A stretch of 64,000 nt of DNA from Lepidodermella squamata (taxonomy: Eukaryota; Animalia; Gastrotricha): NCBI GenBank assembly GCA_047495785.1, contig JBLDXI010000007.1:3534001-3598000 (forward strand). The letters are read 5' to 3'. The notes below the pieces were generated by a model that searched no databases, was not told where the DNA came from, and saw nothing but the letters and a program-made list of their open reading frames with translations. The translations under genes were made by a program, and so were the position numbers. This document shows, in pieces, positions 37,229-51,300 of the stretch (position 1 is the stretch's first letter; each line of letters starts with the position of its first letter).

Positions 37229-39197
37229 GCTCATAGGGCATGTTAATATAATGATGATAGACGATGATAATTACAACATTGTTACTACACGCACGTGTTC
37301 CGCTAATTTCTTAAATTTGATTCTTGATCAAAACCTGTTTCAAAATGCGACAATAAGAGCATAGACATTCAGGGTTATGAGTACATCAAAACAGATTAGG
37401 AAAGCTGAGACATCCATGGCTCGAGCATAACTGACAGCTGCGAATTTGATCGAAATCGCCTTTTCAGCCATTAGAATCTTCTCGTATCTAGTAGTAGCAG
37501 CTACCATAATCGCTTCGTAAAACACGAGTGCGCCGGTCAGGCCACATAAAATTAAAATATACTCAGCCATCAGGACAGATTCAGATGTTTCTGGGATGCT
37601 TTTCAAAACATCAGATTGCGTAACGATCAGGCTCAGCAGCAGAGTACCGGTAAACGCTGGCCGATCTGGAACATCAGGCTGGAATAGCAAGGACCCGAAA
37701 ACGAGGAGCGTTATGATGGCACACGGGGCCATGTTGTTGATCAAATAAGGAGCCGGCTCTCGAGAGAATCCTACTGTGAAGCTTGCATAACCAGAAGTAC
37801 TATTCTTCCTCAGCAGGGATGAGGTTATACCGTATGTCGAAGAAGCCGCGTCAAGCTTCCACAACTCACTCTCAAACGATCTGTCAAAGGTCAACCGGGT
37901 TCCGCCGAAAGTTAAGAACTTCTCATATTCGTCCAGTAAGAACGTGAAATCACACCGCTGCGAGTCGAATGGAAATTTTCGGAGTTTCAGGATGCATTTC
38001 GCTGTTATAACGCCGAATCTCATCCAATGAAAAAACAGAGTTCTATTCGGACTCGTAGGGTAGTAAGCTATCTGGACTTGTTCTTTCCATGTACTACTCT
38101 CTAGGTACAGATCCACAGTTGTATTAGCGAATCTAATACCAGGTACCCAAACTTCATCTCTATTGACCGTGTAAACCCGGTCAGCTTCATTCACGTCAGG
38201 AGCGGTAACCTCCACTGGGCAATTACGCACCGCCCATTGGACAAGGATTACGGCACCGGCTGAGATCTCTTGAGCCTGCGCGTTAATATCTACCAAGGTT
38301 TCAAACTCCAGGGTCATGAAAATTTTGGTCCCGAAGTCTGGAGATTTGTTCTTCGTACCCAGTGACTTACAGGTAGTCAAGTCACTCAGGGTTAGCAAAG
38401 GAAACATGCTGCCATCGATCAAATTTGGAATCTTGAATTCAGTCGTATTTGTTTCGAAGTCATACGTCCTCGGCGTTGATGGAGTTGGCTGCAGTGCCCA
38501 AACTCGCGTGTTTTTCACAGTGACGTCAGCATTGTACCCATTAACGCCGTAAATTTGAATCGTCGCCAGTCCACTAGCTAGTTGATTTGCAGCCAAACCA
38601 GGTACATTGGCATTTGAAAGTAGGACAGCTGCTGTTGTTTCGTTGAATCCAGGCAGAGGCGTGACAGCAGCCTAATACGTGAAAATCGTTAGCGATCTAA
38701 ATTGGCATGAACCTGGAAAAAGCACTTACAGTGACTTTGTCGTTGGCAACCTGAACTAAGAGTCGGAAATCAGACACGACAACACCACTTGAGTTAGTAT
38801 CCCTTCGAGCTCTGTAATGGAAAAGATTCGAAATGACGTTCGACTTTCTGCTATAGGCGAAAGGCGGAGCTCGGGCGGTCGACGCGATTTTAGCGTCGTA
38901 TGCTACGAACAATCTTCCGCCTATGCCAACTTGAAGTGATAAATGAAGACCGTTGTAGTTGTTGAATAAGCTCTTCCTCCCATATGCGTCAAAATCTGAT
39001 AGACGAATCTTACGAAAAATCATATAAATTCACCAAAACATACCGACAAGAGTTTGTGAGTTTGAAATTTCGAAAATTATGTAACTGAAAGAGTTAGGAT
39101 CAAATTGGGTGCTGAAGTCGGTTTCAAAGCGAAAAGCAGCAGGGCTTTGCCCCTTCGGTAGCGAATTCTCAATTTCCACCGCGCCAAAATCGTTCGT
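35489..39197. repeat. 3709-bp direct segmental duplication, copy 2
   Basis: Starts on the base after the EnSpm TIR (..TTACAGTG|CATGCACTGCC) and matches 23925-27633. Confidence 0.97.
36415..36993. mobile_element. hAT-family MITE, duplicate copy
   Basis: Same TIRs and GTTTTGGA TSD as 24851-25429. Confidence 0.92.
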
Positions 39198-41097
39198 TTG
39201 GAAAGAATTCAGCTGAATGCCTGCTGGCGTGACTTCGGCCCCAGGTTGCGTAGATATAACCCCAGATGCTTTGATATTTGAGTTGACAGCGTCGAATGAG
39301 TTAGAAGCGAGATAGACAGGATAACCCGACCAAAGCTTCGGCAGGCTCAGCGAAGCTATGTCGGGCTCTGGGATCAACAGATCATGCGTGGTCGATGAGA
39401 TTGAATCCAAGGTAGAATGGCTGGTTGCCGATAATGTAGATTCGATCGTTGACGAAGTAATGCTAGTTGCTGCTAGGCGAGTAGTTGTGGTCGTCGCTGT
39501 CGAAGATGAACTCATTGCTGGAGTTGATGTTGAATTCATTGCAGTCGTCGGTGTTGTGATGCTAGATGGATTGGTTGCAAGCGTCGTAGCTGTTTGCGTT
39601 GAAGAAATCGTAGTTGAAGAAGCATCTAGGCTTGATGTCGTAATAGGGACAGAACTTTTAGTAGGGGCTACAGTTGTAGCTGAAGACGTGCTAGTTATGG
39701 CTGTTGAAACTGTTGTGGAGGTTAGGCCCACAGTTGGACCCGAGGTTGCTGTAGTTGTCGATGACGAAGTTATCGCTGGTGTGGTGCTTGAAGTCGAACT
39801 CGAAGTTGCAGTCGAAGTTGTTGTAGTAGTAGGGGTAGTCGTCGAGGCTTCCGTCGAGGTTGTACTTGAGCTGGTTGTCGAGCTCTCAGTCGTTGTCGGG
39901 GTGCTTGTTGTAGTTGGTGTTGTCGTTGTTGTCGATGTCGTAGGTGTTGTGGTAGTTGTAGTATCAGCTGTCGTAGTTGAAGTACTGGTACTGGTGCTAG
40001 TCGTAGTCGTCGAGCTGGAAAGCAATCAAATAAGCAAAGCCCTCCTCAATTCTCAATCAGACCTTGAAGTCGTAGCTGCATAATTGACGCAGGTACCAGC
40101 TGGTGGGAAGGCTGTTGCACTAGAATTGCCAGGAGTCAGGCCAAAGAAGTAGGTTCGTGTCGCCAGAATGTTGCTAACGTTGCCCAAACTCGCGAACAAA
40201 GATGCCGTGCTGTATTGCGCCGCCATCACGTTAGTCGCCATGTTCGGAACAGGTATGTTGTCAAAACAAGTACAGGTCTCTGTCGTACCAGCTGCAGGTA
40301 GCATGGCTACCGCTAAACTAGCCATGTCGTTGACGACTTGAACGAAAAGACGAAAGTTGCTGATCCCAGAGCTATTGAGAAACGCAGCATTGCCGCAAGA
40401 TGCAACCGACGTGTAGTTCCACGGATTCCCAGGAAACGGCTGATTTGTTGTTGGAGCTGTTGTGTAGTAAGTTGCGTACACTAATCCACCGGGTTTCATG
40501 CGAAAGAAGAATTGCAGGCCTCTGAAGTTCCGGCAGTGAGAATATTCGGTCGTTACGCCACCAGTTGCTGCAAATTAAAAAATATAGCCGCTAAGTTGAG
40601 AACCAAACACTGGCAATGAAACTCTTACACCAATGAACGCCCTGGTCACTAATGGTAACAGCGAGCCAGGAAAATCCTGTTGCGATAGGATAAGTGGCTT
40701 CGATGTCGATCTCCATCCGAAAATTCGAGCTTGGGCATATGTAGCCCTGAGAAAATGAGTTAGAAGATTATGGGACTATAGCGGGTAACCAACATACCCA
40801 GCCAGAATAAATGAAGCCGTCTAGGATAAGGGGTGATATGCGAGCCAATTGGAATCCATTTGCCAGCTTCACAGCATCACTGGTGCCTGTATCGTAAGCG
40901 TTCGAACGGTAAGTTGTTGATGTATTCACAAGATCAAACGAGTTATTCTGGTCATAGCAAGGCGTCCCTTGGTAGCCCTGTGGCAGTGGATAGGAGGCTA
41001 CATCTGGTGTAGGTATTGTAGCTTCGAGTAGCCTCAGGAGGGCCGTTATCAGAAGACCCGATAGCAAGCAAGTAAAAACACGATCACAGTTTGCCAT
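37340..41097 (-). CDS. Family member F: signal + D1 + mucin stalk (~210 aa) + D2 + Cys-loop channel
   Basis: MANCDRVFTCLLSGLLITALLRLLEATIPTPDVASYPLPQGYQG. Stalk ~39380-40017. D2 starts PEPDIASLSLPKLWSGYPVY. Cys-loop CILKLRKFPFDSQRC; M2 PDRPAFTGTLLLSLIV. Confidence 0.9.
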
Positions 41098-42348
41098 GAA
41101 TTTTGTCCAGAAAAGTAAAACACGCAACCGCGGTGTTGGCTTCGCTTACAGCTTCCCGAAAGTAGTCTGGCGTGGGCTGGCTAATGGCTCAATATAGTCG
41201 CATCCAATATTCACAGTTGTCGCTTTTTCTCTTCTGTGTTACACTTTTCAAGTACCCCTGATGTTCCAAAAAGGACGCCGTCATGCGGCTACCAACGTTC
41301 CAGTCGAGGTCGATGTAGCTGTGGTAATTAAAAAGCACTTGTGAATCAAAACAGCGTTAGTTTTATTTACCTATAAGTAAAATTTGTTTAGTTTTGCTGT
41401 AGACAGTAACAGGTCATCACGATCTGACAATATCGCTCAATTTCAATATTTCTCAGTGTTTGTATTGCCAGGAATGTGATTGCTCGTCTTTCAATTTCCT
41501 CTGGGTTTTAACATGATCCAGGTGAGGACATCTTTGGGAATCAATGGAATTTTCATAAAAAATCAGCAGTATAAATGCCATCCGGCAGAGTGCGCGAAGT
41601 ACCTCGAACTATGGGGTATTTTCAGACCCACATTTTATGGACCAACGGGTCCCCCTGTGGTCTTTTTGGCATTTGCCACCTTAGCCTTCCGAACTGGGCC
41701 TTCCGAACGATACCCCTCATTCCCAACCGTACTTCGCGCCATCCGGAAAATTTGACGCACATCCTACGAGAGCTCTTCTTGTTATCATTCTGCGGACCTC
41801 AGTGGGGCCCTTGAAGCCTCATCGAGGTGGTTCAAAAACTTCAACCTATTGAAGTGGGAAACTGGATTATCATGAGCACATATGTCACGTATCTGGAGCA
41901 GCAACAAAAAGTGTCATTGACCTATTTGCTGACAATATCGCTTCGTTATTAGTTCATTGAAAATTGTCGTCTCACTTCGAAAATTTGAAAAATGAACTGA
42001 TAAATTGATAAGTGATCTAAAAAGGACAAAGATAATTGTCCTAACAAAAGTAGATCGCCTTAATTATCAGATAAAAACTAGGCGTTCAAGAAATCTCAGC
42101 GTCCTCTAACACGTGGGATTTTTTTGCTGGTCATTCTGAAAAAATCATCATGGTCATTATTTCATCATCATTAAATTCAAATTGTTTTCTGAATCTCTGC
42201 TGATATTTTAGTGTTTAATTTTGGATTATTCGTTGATGAAGATAATTCTGACATTATTTATCGTGATCGTACCGTCTTTTCGGTGTGTGCAAGTTCGTTC
42301 CCATGAAGCTGTATGTCCTTTTGTATAACGTCATTTACGTATTTTCAA

Positions 42349-45300
42349 GGTGCCAAACTCGTGGCCGAATCCAATATTCTATTCAATTGCGCCAGGTTAA
42401 ATTTTGTTATTATATGTTTCATCACCATATTTTCTTTGGTTGAAGAGCTCTCACTGGCGCGGAGACAGAATGTTGAGGCAGCGGTTGCTCTTTGGAGTGC
42501 TAGCTGTGTTCGGTTTCAGGAAAAGTCGGTTTTGGAAGCGGGTGAAGCTGGTCTGAGGTTTACGCTATCAGCCACTGGGTAAGCCAAACTTCCTATTTCT
42601 GAACCAAAAGGCTTACTATCTACTACTCTCTCATTCCAGGAGTTGCATGTCATTAACTGGGAAGAAAGTAGCGAGTGGATTTCAAGAAATGAAGCTGACC
42701 CCGGCCTGCGTCGACGTAAGTTGCTAAATTGTTGAATTGCCAAAAATTACTAGGAGTATTTGAATCTAAGCTTTTTTGAAACAAATTTTATCATCGCGTT
42801 GTATCTCCTTTCCTTCCATGCAGAGTCCTGGCGCCATCGCTCATGAAATCGGTCATGCTTTTGGATTGGTGAGTCCAAAACTAATCGCTTTCATGACTTC
42901 AACCTTCTGCTTCTCTTAGAGTCATGAAGTAAATCGACCGGATAGAGATCAATTCGTTACACTCGACCTTTCGTCTGTTATAAAGTCTGTATTCCTTGTT
43001 TTTTCTTTCACTCTTGAATTGGTTCTTTTTTATTCAACACAGTGGTGACATATTTAAATTCGATATTTTGACAAACGCTTGGTTCGACGGCGCGTACGAC
43101 TTCGAATCGATCATGCACCCACTTGCGAATCTATTGAGTGCTCTCGATGGGGCTCAGACCATTTGGCCGCGGGACATGACTTGGATGTCAGTAATGGGAC
43201 AGCGCACCCGTATTTCTATCTCGGATGGCATCAAAGTGACTCGATTACTCAATAAGTGCCACGGTAAGCTATTGAAAGCCTGATTTTTTCACTTTTTAAT
43301 GGTTTCTTCTTGATCAGCCGATAATTCGACATTTTGCGGAAATGGATATCTAGATTCCACAGGCCTCAGTTGTGTTTGCGCAGGCGGTTACACCTGGTCT
43401 GCCAGCGAAGGTTGTCAGCCAACAGCTTCAAACAATGTGGCTACATGCGGGCCGCAAAGCACGATAAAAGTGGCTCCATGTTCCAGGGGTTACATCGATT
43501 TGCCAACCAGTTCAGCCAGCTGCACATGGCAAATTTCTGCGGTATGACGATAGCTAGTTGTGTACACTTCAGGTCTAGAAATTTCTTCAATAAGTCCAAA
43601 CAAATTGCCGCGAAATGGTGAAATTATTGCGATAACTAATCATATCTAAAAACTTTGTCGAAATGTCAATGAATTATGGCACCCTCAGGACTCAGGTCAT
43701 GAAGTCGTCGAAATTTAAAAATAATTAATTATATAAGGTGGAATATTATTGTCTCATGGAAACCCTGGGATTTTTTATTTTTTCCCCCGAATTTTATCAA
43801 TAATTCCTATCATCTGTTAGGTGTTAAAAAAATAGCTCCCAAGCTCAGGCGCGTCCCAAACTCAGCCAATCTTTTCCACTTGGTTCATACCGCACTTCTT
43901 TTGGTACCACTCAGTGCCATATTCGGCATTCATTCGCAGTGGAGGATGTAAGATCCTCGAGAAAGAGGTTGCGTATAGGTATTTTCAGCCCCAAATTCAT
44001 TTGACGAAAGGGTCCCCCTTGTGGCGTTTTGGGGTTTTCTTACCACTCGAGGTTGGGATGGCACCCCCCGTATCCCACCATATTTCGCACACTGCCCATT
44101 CGCCACTTGTTCCGCACCAGGGCGTAATGGTGCGGAAAATGCGTTGTACGGCGTTGTACGAAAATGCGTCTTCGTTGTACCTGAATGACGAAAGGTGAAA
44201 AAGAGCTGATTCGCTATATTTATATACTGCGCAAGAACATGCCTGTTTTAACGGTTTTACTTAAAATAGGAAGGATCAGGCGTTGGTGGTCTGATTTTCG
44301 GATTCGACTCAAAGCCTTTCAGAACAATTGACGGTGCCTGTGGTTCTAAAGGTATGTCTCACGCCACCTGTTGATGGACTTGATTTAGTTGCAATTTCTC
44401 TCGCTAAAAGTCTCTGAATTTTATATTTGTATTCCATAGCAAATTCAACTCTTTGCAATGAATCAGACTACGTGGAGATCTTCGAAAAAGAAGCGCTAAC
44501 GAGGAGAAGGTTTTCTTTCAAATTATTTGACATTTTCTCTTAGCTCGTTTTCAGGTTTTGCGAATGCAGTGTCTCGGCGGGTAGAATATTTACGACAACA
44601 GCTAGCAGCGCCGTGGTTTACTTCAAAAAATCTTCCAGTCAACCGGCGAAGCCTACTCGGCTTTACTTTTACGCAACCTGTGAAAACGCTCAGCCAACTG
44701 CGGTCAGCCCTAACTGCAAAATTACACCAACAGGCTACGATTATCAAGGCAAACGATCCCTTCCATCTTCGAAATGCGTTCCCTGGAAAACCGTGAAATC
44801 GATTCGCCCATACGACCTGCCTCTTGGCAGGTCTGAACTATCAGTTAGAACGTGCCGCAATCCACTATCGCTTCCACATCCCTTCTGCTACCTGAGCAAT
44901 GGTGCTAAGAAGCCATGCGATCCAATACCCTACTGCCGTGAGATTTTTTAACCTTGTACCCAATTTCAACTGTGAAGATATACTCAGAACCTGTGTATCG
45001 ATGCATTTCCGCTTCCACAAGAGCATTCGTCGGCTGCCTGCCGTCTTGTCCGGCTGGATCATTTGCTGTAAAATTGTTCCTTCATCATGCCTCTAAAATT
45101 TTAATATTCCTTTAAATTATAGTTGACGTCTTTCTCGTCCAACAAGCCTTTGGTCTACATGGATCTGACTCCCTGCAACGCAGGGGTGAGTTTCAGATAC
45201 ATATATCGTTCTTGACGCGCAATATTTGAATTTGCGGGCATAGTGGATTTCTTATATTAGTGATAGCGCGCATATGACTGTGTGGGTGCGCGCGAGCGAA

Positions 45301-48300
45301 AAATCGATAGCTGCATAATTAGGAGCCGTTATATTTAGGAGCGTTTATGGCGCGCAACTGTCCGCTAATTGCACCGATTTTTGATGCGCATTAAAGTGCC
45401 GTAAAACAACTTGGGCACATCACCAACATTGATACCAAGAGCCAGGAAGCGCTTAAGAATTTATCCACCTTTATCCGCGAACTGATGTTTCAGATTACCT
45501 CTGTTGTTGAGTGCCATATTCCCTGCTAATTCTTTCTTTCATTAATCAAATCGATAAACAAAAAAGAAATTTATTTGTTTTTTTATTTGTTTTTCATTTT
45601 ATTTCCCTTTCAATTCATCGAATAGTGAGAATTCATTTCACGAGGAAACTGAAAAAGTGCTAAAAGTCAGCAGTGGATGCTGTCACAAATTGGGGGTTTG
45701 GGGGACTACCGTCAAAATTAGCGATACGTGCGGCCTCAATTCACGAATATTCTGATATTTTGACGGGCTATGAAATATTTTACGACCGGTCTGAAAGTTG
45801 CCAGAAACAAGGTTGCGAGGCCTGCGGCACATTATCATCTCTCCATTCACGAATTTTCCGGATTGTTTAATTCTGAAGTGTAATTTTTAGCTGGCGGAAA
45901 AATGTGAACATTTGTTAGCGAGATGGCCGTGATAAGATTGACACCGAGGCAAGCAAAATGGCATGCGCCTAGCCACGGAATGTCTTATTTATAAATTTCA
46001 AATAACTATTTTTCCTCCCACCTTAACGTGCATCATAGCCTGCAGTATCTATTCTCAAGATGTTACCGAGAAAAAAAAATTTACTGGGGGAAACCGACAA
46101 AAATCCGATTGGAAATAAATCGGTTATTTCACGTTACTTAGCCGGGCCTTATCGGATTGTTCCCGTCAATAATGCCAGGGTGACCTTCGGCAATCAATTG
46201 AACCATAATTCATTGCGTTTATTCATTTTTGGAGCAAGATAACGCCTATTAACATGACGAATCTCGGGAACATCCGAGAAACCCAAGAAAAATCCTTTCC
46301 AATTGCATTTGTTGCTTGTGATTTCGGCAGTTTTCATTAGAGGACCCCGCCCTAATTTCGGCCGCATTTCAGGTTTTTCCTACTTTGCCAGCCAGGTGAA
46401 TTTTTAGAAAATATTCGGCAAAAGCAGGCGTTCATTGGCTATCGAATGCCGCTTTCCGCAAGTCCGGACGAATTTACCTTGATTTATGGCTAATTTTTTA
46501 GTCACCCAGACACCCGGCCGGAATTAGGAAGCGGGGTGCCCTAATTTCGGCCACCTCATCCAGGTACACTAATACCATAAGTTTGGTATCGTTAGATTCG
46601 TCTCAAAAAGCTGACTATAAAAACCGCCTTTGTTGCTTCACCTGTGAGCTTATCCTTGACGACGTGATGCCTGAAACTTCAACTAGTTTTGACAGGTACA
46701 AGTTTGATAACTTGTTTTCTACCTAATAGTTGAAAAAGTTGAAAAAGTTGACATCGACAATAGGTGTGGCGTCAAATGGGTGCGTCCTGTGAAAATAGGG
46801 CCGATATCTTTCAATAGAGCGCATCGAGTTACCTATTTTCAAGAAACGTCACTACAGTCGCAGTATAATAATATCTGAAATTGATAATTGAAATTTCAAA
46901 AAATATTTTCTTTGTTTTTTATCTCAGTTTTTACCGCGTGGCTTATTGACAAAAAACAGTAGGAGCTACGGACTTGAGGTTATGACTGTTGGATAGCCCG
47001 TGAAGTTCTGCCCTAGGGACCGCGGTTTTATTATGCCAGGAGCTGCAGCGAGATCAATCACCAAAACTGCAGTACATTTTCAAGTTTTACTGCGCCTCTA
47101 ATAGCTAGACTGTGATGGCTACAATGGCGTGCTTAGTCTCGTTTGATTCGTCTTGAAATTCTACGTCGGTCTGTATCATTTTTACGTGCACGCAGAACAG
47201 GTAAATGACGGTAATCGACTGTGAGCGTGCAAAATGTGCCTGTGTGGACGCTTTTTAAAGTTCTACCGCGCCTCCTATAGCTAAAAAACGGTGAGGGCTA
47301 CGACAACGGGCTTATAGTCTCGTTCTATTCGTCTTGATATTTTGAGTCGGCGTACGCAATCGTTATATGCGCACAAAACTGCTACAGGTGTTCAAAATGT
47401 GATAGAAATCGTCAGCGAGTGAACGTGTGAGCGCCGCCGGCACGCTAAAAAATGCTGAAAAACTTCATTTTTCTCGTCTCTTATTTCTCCACAGCCACGA
47501 GGGATTTGGAAGCCAGCTTGGTTTCTAAAAATTCAGCGGAATATCCGCTACATTTTACGTGTATTCAAATGTGAGCGCTGTCAAGGTAAGATGTCAACAT
47601 AGTTGACGAAAGTCGGAAAATTTAAATTTAAATTTTCACTAAAAATTAATCGCGCGCCTAACGCTAAAGTCAAAAGAAAACTTGCGAATCTCGCGGCGGT
47701 TTTAGTACCGAAAAATCCGCCGCGTTTCAGAGAAACTGGGAATAAACTATGAACAGGATAAATTCCGCACCTGTAAGGTGTTTGGTGTGGGAAAAATACT
47801 TCGATGTCGTTATTAAGCGTCGGTTTTCGTGAAATTCTCACATTTGAAAATTCGTAGAAAATCAAGCGTTTATCCGATAATTACCGGGTTTCGTCTGTTC
47901 GATAAAACAGGTTTCGGCAAAATCTGTTATCCGTCCAACTAACCGCTCCAGTTTTTGCGTGCAGGCGCGAGGCATGACGCCGCGAAACCGCTTTATGATT
48001 GCGCGAATCCGGTTCGTGCAATCATAAAGCGGAAAATCAATACTTGCATATTAATGAGCGGCCGCTATTCGCTTCTCGGGCTTGTGAAACGTCGCAAGAT
48101 ATCCCAGCAAGATATCATCAAGATACCCGACGAGCGTAATTTCGGGTAATTTCACCTTCACGGTCATATATTTTTCCGTCGTTACATCCCGTATTTGATT
48201 TAAAGTGATGATTTACTAAATTCGCTGGAATTATCAAGAACGTCAAATATTCAAGGCATAGCGCAGCCACTTTTTACCGTAACCGAGAAAATCGCACAAT

Positions 48301-51300
48301 AGAGCGAACGAATTACCTGCCCAAGACGGCATACTTTTTGGGCAGATAATTTTTTTTCCAAAATAAGAAATATTCGCCGAAAAATCCATTCGCGTTCCAT
48401 TATTCAAATTACAGGCTCTATTGTGAGATTTTCTCGGCCTCGGTAAAAAGTGGCTGCGCTATGCAACTCTTAACTACCTTTAGACGCCCGGTATAAATTG
48501 ATTTTTCCACATTTTCCCTAAAAATTGAGGACTTATTCTCAAACAGATGGTACATAAGATATTTTGCACTGCAAATCTACGAATTCTCCGAAAAATAACC
48601 GAAAAACCCGATGGGAATGGTTTGGTAACATTCGCTATTCCACTTTACTCAAACGTTGCTCTTCAGATTTTTTCAGTCTAAAATATCAGGGCGACCTCAA
48701 GCAATCAATTGCACCTGGTTTTAACGCCTTCGATCACCTTTTAGAGCACTACGTCGCTGTTTATATGAAACTTCCGGGAATACCGGATACACCATAAATA
48801 TAGAGGGTGCTCCGTACGCTAAATTCTCGGAGATTTATTGGTAAATTATTTTTTTACTAGACTGCTATGACCGGCAGTTACTTTCCAGCAAGAAATTATA
48901 CGACTTTCTGTGCTACAGTTCATCGAAAAGTGTGATTTATGTCATTATCACCGAAGCCGAACTAGTCACCGCCTGACCCGTTTCAAACCGAAACTGTTCG
49001 GCTAACCAGCCCGAAACCTATCGGTGGAAAACAGAATTTTCGTCTTCGCTGTTAACTAGTCGATATTTTTTAAAGTTTTAGCGCTGCGTGGCGCATCGTT
49101 TCAGCGAAAATTAACGGCTGGTAGGCATCAAACCGGCAACCGGTTATTCCCGGTGAAATTCTGCGTTGTGGTTTATTTACGCAATCCCGATCCTTCCGGC
49201 TCGCTTTTTTAAAGCTAAAACATTATGAATTTGTGAGGGATACCTAACATAACATTTTCTAACGAAAAAATTTCAATTTCACTTGTTGAGTAGATCGTGT
49301 TTACCTTCGGTATTTTCAGTAAAATTACCGGGTTTTCTATTGAGTAATGCGCGGGTCTGCCAATGGCAACGAGTCGGTAGACCTAATGATTTCACCTTTG
49401 TGATTGAAGGAAACTACAAGCTGAGCCTATAGACTGAAAACAAAAAATGTTCACCGAAGAATTTTCGATTAGTGAGCGGACGAAAAGACCGATCCGCATT
49501 TAGGGTTTGTGAAAAAGCCAAGAACCCGGGATGATTACTACTCTGATGGTATTAGGATATCTCAGCTGTCATGGAAATACTAATAAACTATCCTAGTTGA
49601 CAAGAAGAATGAAAAAACTGGTAAAATCCGGTGTAGTATAGCAAAATACCGAAAATTACCGAACCATTCCCATCGGGTTTTTTTCGGGATTTATTGGGGA
49701 ATTCATAATTTTCTTCGGTGAAATCGTAGATTAATGACGTAAAGAGGCCTTTGATGGCACTTGTTTTGGAATAATAGTCGAATTGTGTGTAGACACGAAA
49801 AAAAATCAGTAAATTCGGGGTGTCTGAATGCAGTATCAAAGTTTCTTTCCGAATTTTTCAAATTTTGCGGAAAAATTAGACATTTGTATTAAATGACAGG
49901 TATTAAAATAACTTCTTGCCCCTAATCTACCAACTCACCGAAGAAAATAAGAAATCAACCGGAAATAATTCGAAATAACCTGATGGGAATGGTTTGGTAA
50001 TTTTCCATTGAATAATTGATGAGCCTGCTAAGGTCGTTGAAACGAGTCAGATCCCGTAAAACTGTTGTTTTAATTGCAGGAAACAGCCGTTAGAGCTTCT
50101 TAACTGAAAACAAAAAAATTTCACCGAAGAATTAACTTGCTGCGCCGACGTGAAATTTTTGGTACTTTCAGGTCTTTCCACACATTTGGTAGAAACACGC
50201 TTTCCCGTCTGAATTTGATTCTTAAACGTTTCTTCAATTTGAAAATAAAAAGATAGCCGAATGTAGTAGACATTGGCGCAAAAAAATCGGACAAAAATAG
50301 GAGTTTACCTGACGTTAACCGGACTAGCGCTCTTCATGTATTTTGCAAATATTATTGTTTCTACTCAGTGAAATTTCCCCAATGAAGCGTCCAATGCATT
50401 CTACGTTAAAATATTGGTCTGTTGCAACACTTGTTTTAATTATTGACCAGTTTTCAGGTGAGTTATCCAAGAAATAAAAAAACCGCGAGTTACAAAGAAT
50501 TTCGCCCGCGAAAACACGCCCGCATAAACGGCCCCTCATTAATATGCAAGTATTGATCTTTCGTTTGGTGCTCATACTGCATCATGCGCGTGCCGCGTAT
50601 ATAGCCAAGTTGCGCGCAGTAACTAATATATAAAAATCACTAGGCTCGCAATTCAAATATTGCGCGACAAGAACGATATAGTGTGTTTGAATCATCCACG
50701 TTGTCAACTAATTTTGATGTAGATTGCTCGATGCTGTTATTCACCTCAAACTGCTTCCTACGAAGTCGGCCCTGCAAAGTTCAAATGCCGGAAACATCAA
50801 GTTTCGGTGTGTTACAAGCAACCTATAGCCCTGATTATAAATTATCGATCTTTTGCTAGGTTAAAATATTTTCGATTAGTCAGACGTCCACTTACCGCGA
50901 AAATCATAACAAAGCTATTCAGACTTGCGTGAACAGCAATAACCCTATCTTCATCCGCTGCGCCGTTAGTAGAAACTCTCGAACAGCTGATTGCGTAACA
51001 CATGCCGGATCATGTCCGCCAGGAACAGTTAACTCTTTTTCAGCATATTTTTTCTTATATCTCTAAGTAATTTCCCCTTTTGACAGGCTGCTTTTGGGTC
51101 ATTTTCTTCGTTTGCGAATTGCATGTTGGACGTGAGTTCGAATAGCCAACTGTTCAACGGGACTGTGTGCATCGACGCGCTGGGCACTTACGTCTCAAAT
51201 GTGCCCAACCAAGCGAACGCGTTCAGTTACCTTGACGAGAATGGCGACGCGGTAGATCTACAGCTATGTCCAACTGGCTTCGATTTCGAACTCCGTACAT

